Below are positions 55,161 to 64,000 of a stretch of DNA of 64,000 nt, piece by piece. Under the pieces are notes generated by a model. The model searched no databases. It was given only the letters and a program-made list of their open reading frames with translations, and had not been told where the DNA came from. Source of the stretch: a virus; the IMG/VR virus record IMGVR_UViG_3300047557_001530, positions 96,001 to 160,000 of that record; one strand, given 5' to 3'. Both the position numbers and the translations under genes were made by a program. The stretch's first letter is position 1, and each line of letters opens with the position of its first letter.

Positions 55161-56093
55161 ATGGCATACTATAGCTTTGAAAAAGGAAAATATGGAGGTC
55201 CTTGTGGGGCAATTTTTCCTTTTTTCAGAACATTATCTGGACTATCTGCACTTGGAGAAGATTATTTAAATTATATACCAGCAGGATACTTGAAGTGTAG
55301 AGGACAAATTTTATCTGCTAATGAATATCCCAATTTAGCAAGAATATTGGGAGTTGGAAATTCCTGCATTTACAAAAAACCAAATAGTATTTTGCAAGAA
55401 CCAGACGAAGATGGAACTGGTGGAACTTTTCAATTGCCAGACTTAGGTTCAAAATACATTACTGGTAGTAGCACTTCAGGCACATATCAAAATACCACTA
55501 CAGTAAATCAAACGACGGGAGCTGAAATAGATAGAGCTGGCGTTGAAGTAGAAATAACATCTCAAGGACCCTCTGTAGAATTTAATTACACTGGTGATTT
55601 TAGAGTTCCTGGAAGAACCATAAATCTTACTGGTCAGATGTCTATATCATCACCACCAACATCTACAGATCAATCAACTGTTGCTATTGGACAAACATTA
55701 GCACATGGTCATAATTCTAGTTTTAGAATATCCAGAAGAATTAACTATCGTACTGATGCATTGAGACTTGCTAGATTTAGAAGAAGTAATGGTTTCTTTG
55801 GTTATTTGTGCCGTAGGGGAGCAAATGATACTAGATGTGTAGGTTCTGATCAATTCGGTCTTGCACATAAAGTAGTTTCTGCTCTTGAGGAAGGAACAGA
55901 CTCAGGAACAAATCATAGACATTTTGGTGTATTCCCTGTTAAAAATAGCGAAACTAAATCTGCTTCCACTAGAGATGTATTGATATCCGCTGGACCTTTG
56001 ACTACCACTGTAAATATTAATACAGCAAATACAGCAAAAATGGATGATATTGCACCAAAATTTATATTATGTGAATATTTAATTAAATATTAA
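55161..56093 (+). CDS. Tail-collar-domain fibre protein
   Basis: PAGYLKCRGQ...YPNLA.ILG...FQLPDLGSK; HGH/HRH; YLIKY. Confidence 0.85.
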   Translation: MAYYSFEKGKYGGPCGAIFPFFRTLSGLSALGEDYLNYIPAGYLKCRGQILSANEYPNLARILGVGNSCIYKKPNSILQEPDEDGTGGTFQLPDLGSKYITGSSTSGTYQNTTTVNQTTGAEIDRAGVEVEITSQGPSVEFNYTGDFRVPGRTINLTGQMSISSPPTSTDQSTVAIGQTLAHGHNSSFRISRRINYRTDALRLARFRRSNGFFGYLCRRGANDTRCVGSDQFGLAHKVVSALEEGTDSGTNHRHFGVFPVKNSETKSASTRDVLISAGPLTTTVNINTANTAKMDDIAPKFILCEYLIKY

Positions 56094-56108
56094 ATCAGAG
56101 AATAAAAA

Positions 56109-59100
56109 ATGGCAATTCAAATTAGTAGTTTAAGTCCAGTAAGTCCTGTAATACCTGCAGGTTCTACAGTAACTTTCGTTGTTACTGCAGCTGAAAGTGA
56201 GCCAGGGAGGCAGTTAGAATACGAATGGCAATTTTCTATTAATGGTGGATTGTCATATACGTCAAGTGGATTATTTAATAATACCAGTGATACTTTTACT
56301 ACTAGTCCTTTATCACAAAATCAATCTGGAATTTATTTCAGGGTAAAAGTAACAAGTTTAACTGGTTCTAATGTAAATGAAATTGTTTATAGTGATGAAG
56401 TACCTGCAATTGGAGACAGAATAGTAACTGTAGTTGCAGCTCCATCAATTACCACAACTGCAGAATATGAACCTTCGTATACTGTACCTGTAGCTTCAAC
56501 TTTAAACCTTGTTGTTAGTGCAACAATGTTGAATGTTGACATTAGCAATCCAAGTAATTTGAGTGGATTGAATATAGAATGGCAAGAAAGTTCAAACAAT
56601 GGTGATAGCTGGACAACTATAACTCCAGGAACATTTGGTCAATTTACTTATGCTATTACAACCGAACTCATACAAGCATCTAGTAGTCCTGTTGCTTATG
56701 TTAAACAGTCTACATTAAGTTTACAAAATATTACGTTTGCTAGCAACAACTATCAATATAGGGCTAGAATAACATATTCTGGTGCTAGCAATAGTCCAAC
56801 TATCGTAGCACCAACTACAATACTTGTAAACCCAACAATATCAATTATTCAACAACCAGGATTAAATCCTAATGATACTAAAGTTCCAGTTCAATGCTAT
56901 AAAACTTCTATATCAAATAGTGGAGAATTGCGTGTTAGTGTAGGAGCTTTTACTACATCTGGTCAAACTATCGCTTATGCTTGGGAATTTTCTGTTATAG
57001 ATTTTGATGGTAACGCTAGTGCATGGAATACTATTCAATATGGCATTGATAATTTTTGGTTTAGATATAAAACTGGAACTGGAGGATCTACGGATGTTCT
57101 TGAACTTCAAAGAGTAATATACTTTGAAAGAATTGGATTTAGAGTAACAATTTCTGGAAGTGCTGGAGAAGTTCCTGTAACTTCTGATCCTCATTACATT
57201 TACATGAAAGACATTCAGGTTTTACCTGAAAGCTTACCAAATAAAGAATCTCTAGAAGATTTTTATGATCCTGAAGTTGTACCAAATTCAGAAAGAGCTT
57301 TATACACACAATATCCAATTCAATCTGTATTGTATGAATCATTCTTAAATGTTGCAAGAAATACAGGATTGAATGGCGAAATTACAATGACTTTCCAAAG
57401 ACAAAATCCAGGTTCAACTACTTGGAGCGATGTCGGAATTTCTGCAACATATACTCCAATATATGATGTATACACAGCAACGCCAACTGATTCTATAGTT
57501 CCTCTAGAAATTACTTATACAACACCTCCATTAAGAATTAATTTAGACAATCAAGCAAGATACAGATTAAAAGTATTATCTACGGCTGTTTATACTTTAA
57601 GTAATAATGTAAAAACACTTACTCCGTTTTATACATCTTCTTCTACATTAACAATTTATAGAGCAATCTATATTACTTCTCAACCATCTGATATAACATC
57701 TTATAACAATCAACCAGCATCTTTCCTTGTCGGTGCTACTCCAACCAGTACAGCACCAATAACATATCAATGGCAAGATTCTACTTCATCAACTACTGGT
57801 TGGGCTAACATAGTTAATGGTGGAATATACAGTGGGGCAACTACAAATTTATTAACTTTATCTCAAGTAACTTCTGCACTCACTAGAAGATATTTTAGAT
57901 GTATTGTAAACACAACAAATACTCTTTCTTCTGCAACATCTAACACAGCACAGGTAAATATTCTTCGTGATGTATTCTCTTCTGTTGGTTCCTTAAATGA
58001 CTATAGTGTTGATGAATTTGACCCTATATCATGGACTGTAGAAGCTCAAAGTTTGAGCTTGGGGGCTATTTCGTATCAATGGCAAAAGAGCACCAATTTC
58101 ACCTCATCAAATCCTTCTGGTGCTACATGGACCAATATTGCAGGACAAACAACAAATACATATACAATAGCAAGTGTAATTAAATCAGCAGATGAAGGAT
58201 ATTATAGATGTAGATTAACATCTGCTGGGGGAGAAGTTACGTTTACAAATGCAGCTTTATTAAGTATTAATAAAGTAGAAATTCGTATAATTCAAAATAT
58301 ACCAACAACATTAACATTCTTGGAAGCTGCTGAAAATGAAAGAACTTTTACTGTTCAAGCTGTCGCTTCTAGAGGTGCTGCTCCAACTTATCAATGGCAA
58401 ATAAGACGAGTTGGTGATGCAGCATTTTCTGATTTAGGACTGGGTTATAATGGTCAACAACCAACAGGTTCAAGTTATACTCCAAGAGCTTTTGATGCTG
58501 TAATAGATACTGGGGCTAAAATTAGATGTGCAATTACTGCTGCCGAAGTTCCTGGCGTAGTATATTCAAATGAATGTACTATAAGTGTAAATAGAAGATT
58601 TTTCTATTTTGCTGATTCTGCTACCAAAAATGTGAACACAGGAGGAAATTTTGCTCTAGATTTATCTCCATCTTCTACTGGTGGAACACCTACATTCCAA
58701 TGGCAGATAAGCACTAACAATGGATCTACATGGTCTAATATTTCAGGAGAAACATCTTCTACATTATTCATCTCAAATGTATCTTCTTCTTTAAATGGGT
58801 ATCTTTACAGATGTCAAGTAACTCTTGCCAATTGTACTCAATATCAATATAGTAGAAACAATGTAGTTTTTATTGATGCAGCTTCATCTGTTGGTTTTAC
58901 TCAATCGGTTCGTCTTAATGTTCTTGCTGCAGCAATTAAACCAAGATATTACAGTAAAGAAATAGTAAAAACTGGAGCTGCAATTGGAACTGTCATTTGT
59001 GTTCCGAAACCTGCTGGTTATGTTAATGACCCTGCAGCAACTGGCGATGACATAACCAATTGGAAAGTTTCTTTAACTGGCGACATAACCACAAATGGAT

Positions 59101-60143
59101 CGACATCTTCTACAGTAACTAGTGGTTCCATTTATAGTGCAAATAAACCTTCGTGGGTTACTGACTCTAACTACAGATCACCAAAATGGCTAATTAACGA
59201 TGATAGATTCCCTGGGTTTATTGAATTAAGAGGACAATGGGTATTAAAATCTGACTTCCCTATGTTGTATAGAATTATAGGTGATACCTATGGTTCAACT
59301 TCTACTCTATTCAAATTACCTCTACCATATGGTAAAAAAATAATGGGAACGGGTAATGTAAACAATAATGGAGGCAATGTATCTATTGTGCCATTATACA
59401 CGCCTGCAGGAACTTTGGGTGGCGATAAGAATGAAGCTGGTTCTATTGGTGGTGTATGGAACTATATTAGATCTGCTCAACTTCCTCCTGGATCTCCAGG
59501 AAGCACTAACCAACCAGATGGAACTGCAGGAGAATCCAACGAAGAAACATTCTCTGTAGGAAATTTCAACACAACAGGATTTACTGAATGCGAAGGTGTT
59601 GCAGATACTTCTTTCACAGGATCATTTACTTTTACTGTAGGTCCTCTTTTGACAGCAAATATAGTTTCTGTGCCACCACACTCTCACATCGGTATTGTTG
59701 CTGGATTTATAGAAGGTTATATTGCTGACTCTGGTGGTTGTGAAGGTCTTGGTGTAATTAATCCACCTTTCTACGGGGTTGATTCTGCTGGTGGAGAAAT
59801 TCTCGACGGACCAGATGGAGTTCCTGCAGAAGAAAGAGGTTTACCACACTCTCATGGATTGAGCACTGCTCCAATAGCAGCGGGTAATAGTAGCTCTAAT
59901 CACAATGATGGAATAGGTGACACTTCAGCATCTGCTTCTATTACAACAACGACTGCAATTCAAACGACACCTGGATCTAGTGCTTCGTCAGCAAACGTAT
60001 TTCTAGAGCCAGCTCCAATCACATTAACCAATGCTTCACGACCAATTTTTAACTCTTCGTTAAGATTTTATTTGAGAAACAATGAAGAATTGCCAGTCAA
60101 TTCCAACTATTATAGAATGAAGTATATGATTAAAGCGTACTAA
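56109..60143 (+). CDS. Ig-like repeat protein with C-terminal tail-collar domain
   Basis: Repeated YQWQ...W..I.G...YRC Ig motifs; FPMLYRIIGDTYG; HSH; YMIKAY. Confidence 0.85.
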   Translation: MAIQISSLSPVSPVIPAGSTVTFVVTAAESEPGRQLEYEWQFSINGGLSYTSSGLFNNTSDTFTTSPLSQNQSGIYFRVKVTSLTGSNVNEIVYSDEVPAIGDRIVTVVAAPSITTTAEYEPSYTVPVASTLNLVVSATMLNVDISNPSNLSGLNIEWQESSNNGDSWTTITPGTFGQFTYAITTELIQASSSPVAYVKQSTLSLQNITFASNNYQYRARITYSGASNSPTIVAPTTILVNPTISIIQQPGLNPNDTKVPVQCYKTSISNSGELRVSVGAFTTSGQTIAYAWEFSVIDFDGNASAWNTIQYGIDNFWFRYKTGTGGSTDVLELQRVIYFERIGFRVTISGSAGEVPVTSDPHYIYMKDIQVLPESLPNKESLEDFYDPEVVPNSERALYTQYPIQSVLYESFLNVARNTGLNGEITMTFQRQNPGSTTWSDVGISATYTPIYDVYTATPTDSIVPLEITYTTPPLRINLDNQARYRLKVLSTAVYTLSNNVKTLTPFYTSSSTLTIYRAIYITSQPSDITSYNNQPASFLVGATPTSTAPITYQWQDSTSSTTGWANIVNGGIYSGATTNLLTLSQVTSALTRRYFRCIVNTTNTLSSATSNTAQVNILRDVFSSVGSLNDYSVDEFDPISWTVEAQSLSLGAISYQWQKSTNFTSSNPSGATWTNIAGQTTNTYTIASVIKSADEGYYRCRLTSAGGEVTFTNAALLSINKVEIRIIQNIPTTLTFLEAAENERTFTVQAVASRGAAPTYQWQIRRVGDAAFSDLGLGYNGQQPTGSSYTPRAFDAVIDTGAKIRCAITAAEVPGVVYSNECTISVNRRFFYFADSATKNVNTGGNFALDLSPSSTGGTPTFQWQISTNNGSTWSNISGETSSTLFISNVSSSLNGYLYRCQVTLANCTQYQYSRNNVVFIDAASSVGFTQSVRLNVLAAAIKPRYYSKEIVKTGAAIGTVICVPKPAGYVNDPAATGDDITNWKVSLTGDITTNGSTSSTVTSGSIYSANKPSWVTDSNYRSPKWLINDDRFPGFIELRGQWVLKSDFPMLYRIIGDTYGSTSTLFKLPLPYGKKIMGTGNVNNNGGNVSIVPLYTPAGTLGGDKNEAGSIGGVWNYIRSAQLPPGSPGSTNQPDGTAGESNEETFSVGNFNTTGFTECEGVADTSFTGSFTFTVGPLLTANIVSVPPHSHIGIVAGFIEGYIADSGGCEGLGVINPPFYGVDSAGGEILDGPDGVPAEERGLPHSHGLSTAPIAAGNSSSNHNDGIGDTSASASITTTTAIQTTPGSSASSANVFLEPAPITLTNASRPIFNSSLRFYLRNNEELPVNSNYYRMKYMIKAY

Positions 60144-60164
60144 ATACAAAAAAAGGGATTAATC

Positions 60165-61223
60165 ATGGCGACTAGGCTATTAACTGTAACATTAGAAGGA
60201 AAATACTATCAAGGAAGTATTCCTGTTAGAAAAATTACTTATTCTAACAGCAGTGTTGATTTGACTGAAGAAGAATATCAAGAAATTTTTTCACAGATTC
60301 CTTCTTATTGGAATACCGAAAATGATAAATTGATTCGTTTCATTGTATTCGATGATAAGAGTTATTTTTGTGAGCGTGAAAAAAACGTATTCAATTATTC
60401 GACCAGAGAAAAAGAGCCAAAAATCTACAAATTTGACTATGCAACTGATGAAGAAGCCCATGCATTATACAATTTTTTCGTAGAAAAATATGCAAAAATA
60501 AAGATTTCTAGAACTGAAAATCTTTATGATTCTATTATGAATCAAATTAAAGATATGTCTTTTGTGAAACTTTCTATGCTAGAGGCTAGAAATAAATTAC
60601 TCCAGCAAACTGACTATTTAATGATGTCAGATTATCCACTTGACGAAGAAGATCGTCAAAATTGGTCTGTTTATAGACAAGAATTGCGTGATTTAACAAA
60701 TCAAGAAGCTTGGATTAATAACAATATTATGGAAGTTGAAATGCCTGTAAGCCCAAGACCTCTAGATCAATTGGATGTACTAAGAAGCAGTGTAAGAGAT
60801 CTATCATCAATTCCTTCAGACTTAACACAAGAATTAATTCAAAATGTATCTGAAAATTCTGTAGAAGATATTATCAAAAATATTGCTCAAATTTCCGTTA
60901 AGTTTGAGCTACTTAAGAGCATTAGTAAATTAAGACTTCCAATCTTAGAATTTAATAATACAGAAGTCTTTGCTGCAGAACAAGATTATGAAACCTTCCT
61001 AAATGAAGTGAAGTATGATACAATACAAGAGTCTAGCTTGCCACAAAACTGGTGGGAAGCTGCGATATCAAACATTGATGACAAAATTTCTCAAGTTAAT
61101 GCTATGTTGAAAACATACAAGGTTGATTTTACGATCAATGATATTTTAAATTCTATTATCGAACAAAATAAAGTATCTGAACAAGATATGGAAGTAAATA
61201 ATATTCTTGAGGAGTTACTATGA
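60165..61223 (+). CDS. Tail-fibre assembly chaperone-like protein
   Basis: RNKLLQQTDY...DYPL...W..YRQELRDLT. Confidence 0.75.
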   Translation: MATRLLTVTLEGKYYQGSIPVRKITYSNSSVDLTEEEYQEIFSQIPSYWNTENDKLIRFIVFDDKSYFCEREKNVFNYSTREKEPKIYKFDYATDEEAHALYNFFVEKYAKIKISRTENLYDSIMNQIKDMSFVKLSMLEARNKLLQQTDYLMMSDYPLDEEDRQNWSVYRQELRDLTNQEAWINNNIMEVEMPVSPRPLDQLDVLRSSVRDLSSIPSDLTQELIQNVSENSVEDIIKNIAQISVKFELLKSISKLRLPILEFNNTEVFAAEQDYETFLNEVKYDTIQESSLPQNWWEAAISNIDDKISQVNAMLKTYKVDFTINDILNSIIEQNKVSEQDMEVNNILEELL

Positions 61224-61570
61224 AGTACGGACAAAATATTTTCATCGAAGATGATATTTTATTTCAATTAGCCAAAAATTCTGGTAAAATTGTAATGCAC
61301 ATAAAAGCAGTTGGTGCTATTGAATGCAATGATGAAGAAAAAGAACAGGAAGTATGGGATTTTTATTATGATAAATGCGATTTAAATGTTTTAAACATTT
61401 TAATGCAATTTAAAGAAGCGTATTGCTATTTTGATACACCAGACCAAGCAATAAACGCATATGATGAGTGGTTCCCTTCCAAAAAATTACTATTAGATGA
61501 AGAATCGCACTTATTTGTGAAAGTAACCTTAATGTCACCTGATGGATCTTTAGCAGCAGAAAATGAATGA
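61220..61570 (+). CDS. Hypothetical protein
   Basis: ATGA-coupled ORF. Confidence 0.7.
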   Translation: MKYGQNIFIEDDILFQLAKNSGKIVMHIKAVGAIECNDEEKEQEVWDFYYDKCDLNVLNILMQFKEAYCYFDTPDQAINAYDEWFPSKKLLLDEESHLFVKVTLMSPDGSLAAENE

Positions 61571-62498
61571 ATTAAATGAGATATATTATTCAAAAGATGA
61601 TTTTGAAAAAATTATAGAACTGTTTACAGAAAACAACGTTAAATTAGAATTTGAAAATCCAATTGTATTTCTAAATGCAATACAAAAAATTTCAAAATAT
61701 TGCATACAGAAAGAAATAGAGTTAGCATTTGAAAAATCAAAAATAGTATCATTAATCGAATTTGATATTCAAAATCGACAAGCCATTTCTACAGGAGCTG
61801 GCTATCCATATTCTAGTGTAAGCATTGTAAATGACGAGAAGATTAAATTGCATTTGAAAATATTATGTGAAATGTTTTCGTTTTATCCAAAAAGCATTAT
61901 TAACTTCTTTAGTTCTTACATGCTTATGAATTCCGTGAATACTAATCAGATAGAACAATATTATTATTGGGTCGAGTCTGAAATGTTATCAGATATTGAA
62001 AAGGATTCTTGGGAAGAAGTATTATCTATTTTTAATCTCTCAGAAAATACCATCAATTTTTTAGCAAATCATTATGAATATCTTTGTATAGATTATGTTG
62101 GGTTTGATTCTAAAAATCAATTATCTAAAGTAGGATTTTCTACTGCATTGCCCCTATTATTAAACAATAATCCATCTAATTATTACTTGGATTATAAAAA
62201 CTTAGATAAGGTACTAGTATTAATAGAAAAATTTTTTGGTACAAAAAATAGCTTTATATCTTTACAGTATTCTTGTCAAGAAGAAGACTATTTTTCTTTG
62301 GAAACGTTCATGCCTCCTTCTAAATCAAATGATTTCTTTGAAGAAATGCATGAATATGGCATCATATCAGATGATGAATACCAAAATTTCAAAGAAATGA
62401 ATATACCTAAAGAGTATATAAATTCAGTAGTAAAATTTAGATGGTCCAATAAGGATAAATTTTGTATTAAATTTTATCTAGAAAAATATGAAGACTGA
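61563..62498 (+). CDS. Hypothetical protein (very AT-rich)
   Basis: 311-aa ORF, no motif recognised. Confidence 0.65.
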   Translation: MNELNEIYYSKDDFEKIIELFTENNVKLEFENPIVFLNAIQKISKYCIQKEIELAFEKSKIVSLIEFDIQNRQAISTGAGYPYSSVSIVNDEKIKLHLKILCEMFSFYPKSIINFFSSYMLMNSVNTNQIEQYYYWVESEMLSDIEKDSWEEVLSIFNLSENTINFLANHYEYLCIDYVGFDSKNQLSKVGFSTALPLLLNNNPSNYYLDYKNLDKVLVLIEKFFGTKNSFISLQYSCQEEDYFSLETFMPPSKSNDFFEEMHEYGIISDDEYQNFKEMNIPKEYINSVVKFRWSNKDKFCIKFYLEKYED

Positions 62499-62576
62499 CC
62501 AGTTAGGAAACCGTCACATGGGACTTGACTGGCTCCTTTTTTTGTGTCATACTATCTGTATCGAAACGCCTTTGAC

Positions 62577-63803
62577 ATGCAACTCCGTCCCCACCAGCAA
62601 CGAGCACTGACTGCCCTCCAGAAATACCAGTTTGGACAGATCATCGCTCCGACTGGTGCTGGCAAAACTCTTATTATGATTTTCGATGCCATGCGTCGGA
62701 TGCGTGAGTCTACCACGCCCCAGACCATCGTGATCTGTGCCCCTCGTATTCTTCTCGCAGAGCAATTATCCAGTGAGTTTCTTGAGTTTATTGACGATGC
62801 TAATGTTCTACACGTTCATAGTGGAGAGACGCATCATAAAAATACCACCAACCCGCAGGTAATTGCTGCATGGGATGAGGTTGTTGATAACCACAAACTC
62901 ATCTTTACCACTTACAACTCTCTTCGTCGTTTGAACGAATCTGAGATCCATATTGATGTAGCTTATTATGATGAAGCACATAACGCAACTCGCACGGACT
63001 TTTTCGATTCTGTGGCATCTTGTAATGCTACTAACTATTATTACTTTACTGCTACTCCCAAGCATCGGCGTTCTTCGCTCGGTACTGGGATGAACAACAA
63101 GATTGTGTTTGGTCAGATCATCGCCAACGTTCCTGCACCAGAACTTGTGGATCAGGGAAGCATTCTGCGTCCTACCATTCAGATTCATGAAGTTGATTAT
63201 GAGCGTCAGAAAGGTCTCACCGCTGCCGACAACGACGCCAGCACCCTGATCGACATGATCGACGGACTGGACTCTAGGAACGCCCAGAAGGTGCTTGTGG
63301 CTGCTCCTAGCAGCAAGATCCTCTGGCAAATGCTATCGAGCACCAGCGTCCTTTCAGACCTCGCTGAGCGTGGTTTTGATGTTCTTCACATCACCAGCAA
63401 GTTTGGTGCTTATGTCAACCAAACTAAAGTTGATCGTGAGACTTTCTTTGACACCTTCAATACCTGGGGGCAAGATCCTGAGCGTAAGTTTATCATCTTC
63501 CACTACAGCATTTTGTCTGAAGGTATCAACGTCCATGGTTTGACCCACACTATTCTGCTTCGCAATCTTCCTATTGTGGAAATGGCACAAACCATCGGTC
63601 GTGTTATTCGTCTTAACAAAGATGATGCAAAAGATATTGCTGCTGGTAAGATTGCGGCAGGTAACTTCGATATGTACCGAAAGTCCACAGGGTTTGTGAC
63701 CGTCCCTGTGTTCAAGAACTACGGCAAGAAAACCCAGCGTCGTCTGGAAGAAGTCGTAGACACTATCTTTGTTCAAGGTCAACCCGCTATTGATGTTCGC
63801 TGA
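62577..63803 (+). CDS. Superfamily-2 DEAH helicase (ResIII-like)
   Basis: LRPHQ, APTGAGKT, DEAH, TAT, LSEGIN, QTIGRVIR; sigma70-like promoter just upstream. Confidence 0.9.
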   Translation: MQLRPHQQRALTALQKYQFGQIIAPTGAGKTLIMIFDAMRRMRESTTPQTIVICAPRILLAEQLSSEFLEFIDDANVLHVHSGETHHKNTTNPQVIAAWDEVVDNHKLIFTTYNSLRRLNESEIHIDVAYYDEAHNATRTDFFDSVASCNATNYYYFTATPKHRRSSLGTGMNNKIVFGQIIANVPAPELVDQGSILRPTIQIHEVDYERQKGLTAADNDASTLIDMIDGLDSRNAQKVLVAAPSSKILWQMLSSTSVLSDLAERGFDVLHITSKFGAYVNQTKVDRETFFDTFNTWGQDPERKFIIFHYSILSEGINVHGLTHTILLRNLPIVEMAQTIGRVIRLNKDDAKDIAAGKIAAGNFDMYRKSTGFVTVPVFKNYGKKTQRRLEEVVDTIFVQGQPAIDVR

Positions 63804-63810
63804 TTAACAA

Positions 63811-64000
63811 ATGTATGAAACCCTCACAGAATTTGAACGAGCCCTTGCTCGTTTTGGAGATAAAGTCGCCCTCATTGCAGGGCTTGAAATTGCGGATAAA
63901 ATGTCTCCAGAAGACGCTTATCAACAAATCAAAGAACTTTATAAAGAACTTAAGAAACTCCGTAAGAAAGAACGATCCGATTGGGATCAGCTTGACTACG
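63811..64000 (+). CDS. Conserved cyanophage hypothetical protein (runs off the window)
   Basis: MYETLTEFERALARFGDKV...AYQQIKELYKELKK. Confidence 0.7.
   Translation, partial: MYETLTEFERALARFGDKVALIAGLEIADKMSPEDAYQQIKELYKELKKLRKKERSDWDQLDY

Overview
64 kb of a T4-like cyanomyovirus genome. Probably a freshwater Synechococcus/Cyanobium-type phage; the host is inferred from psbA, hli, petF, cpeT, speD, phoH and an SLH porin. Gene order: nrdA/nrdB, a lysis region, a first tRNA/ncRNA island, a photosynthesis island with an inserted repeat fibre gene, a replication block (rnh, thyX, phoH, gp33, gp32), baseplate/tail genes (gp53, 48, 2, 4, 54-like, 26, 51, two tape-measure-like proteins, gp5), a large tRNA array, giant fibre genes and an SF2 helicase. 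I count 17 tRNA genes plus one tRNA-like element. Top observations: (1) tRNA-Arg(UCU) and tRNA-Thr(UGU), 36 kb apart, each carry a 45-46 nt insertion between anticodon positions 35 and 36. The two insertions share a covarying fold and a nearly invariant GGG-AGCAUUA-CCC hairpin. They are far too small for group I/II introns and show no bulge-helix-bulge, so they are a candidate new class of miniature tRNA intron. (2) A textbook -1 frameshift cassette (A_AAA_AAG plus a 12-bp hairpin) fuses a C39-like peptidase to a GH24 lysozyme whose catalytic residues have no start codon of their own. (3) A second -1 cassette (U_UUU_UUC plus an 11-bp hairpin) joins gp26 to gp51 just before the tape-measure-like gene, as in lambda G/GT. 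(4) A Ser/Thr kinase domain heads a tape-measure-like virion protein. (5) There is a gifB-like NtcA box + tandem glutamine riboswitch + DUF4278 cassette, and several unexplained structured RNAs sit in the tRNA array. All calls were made by eye; no searches were run.
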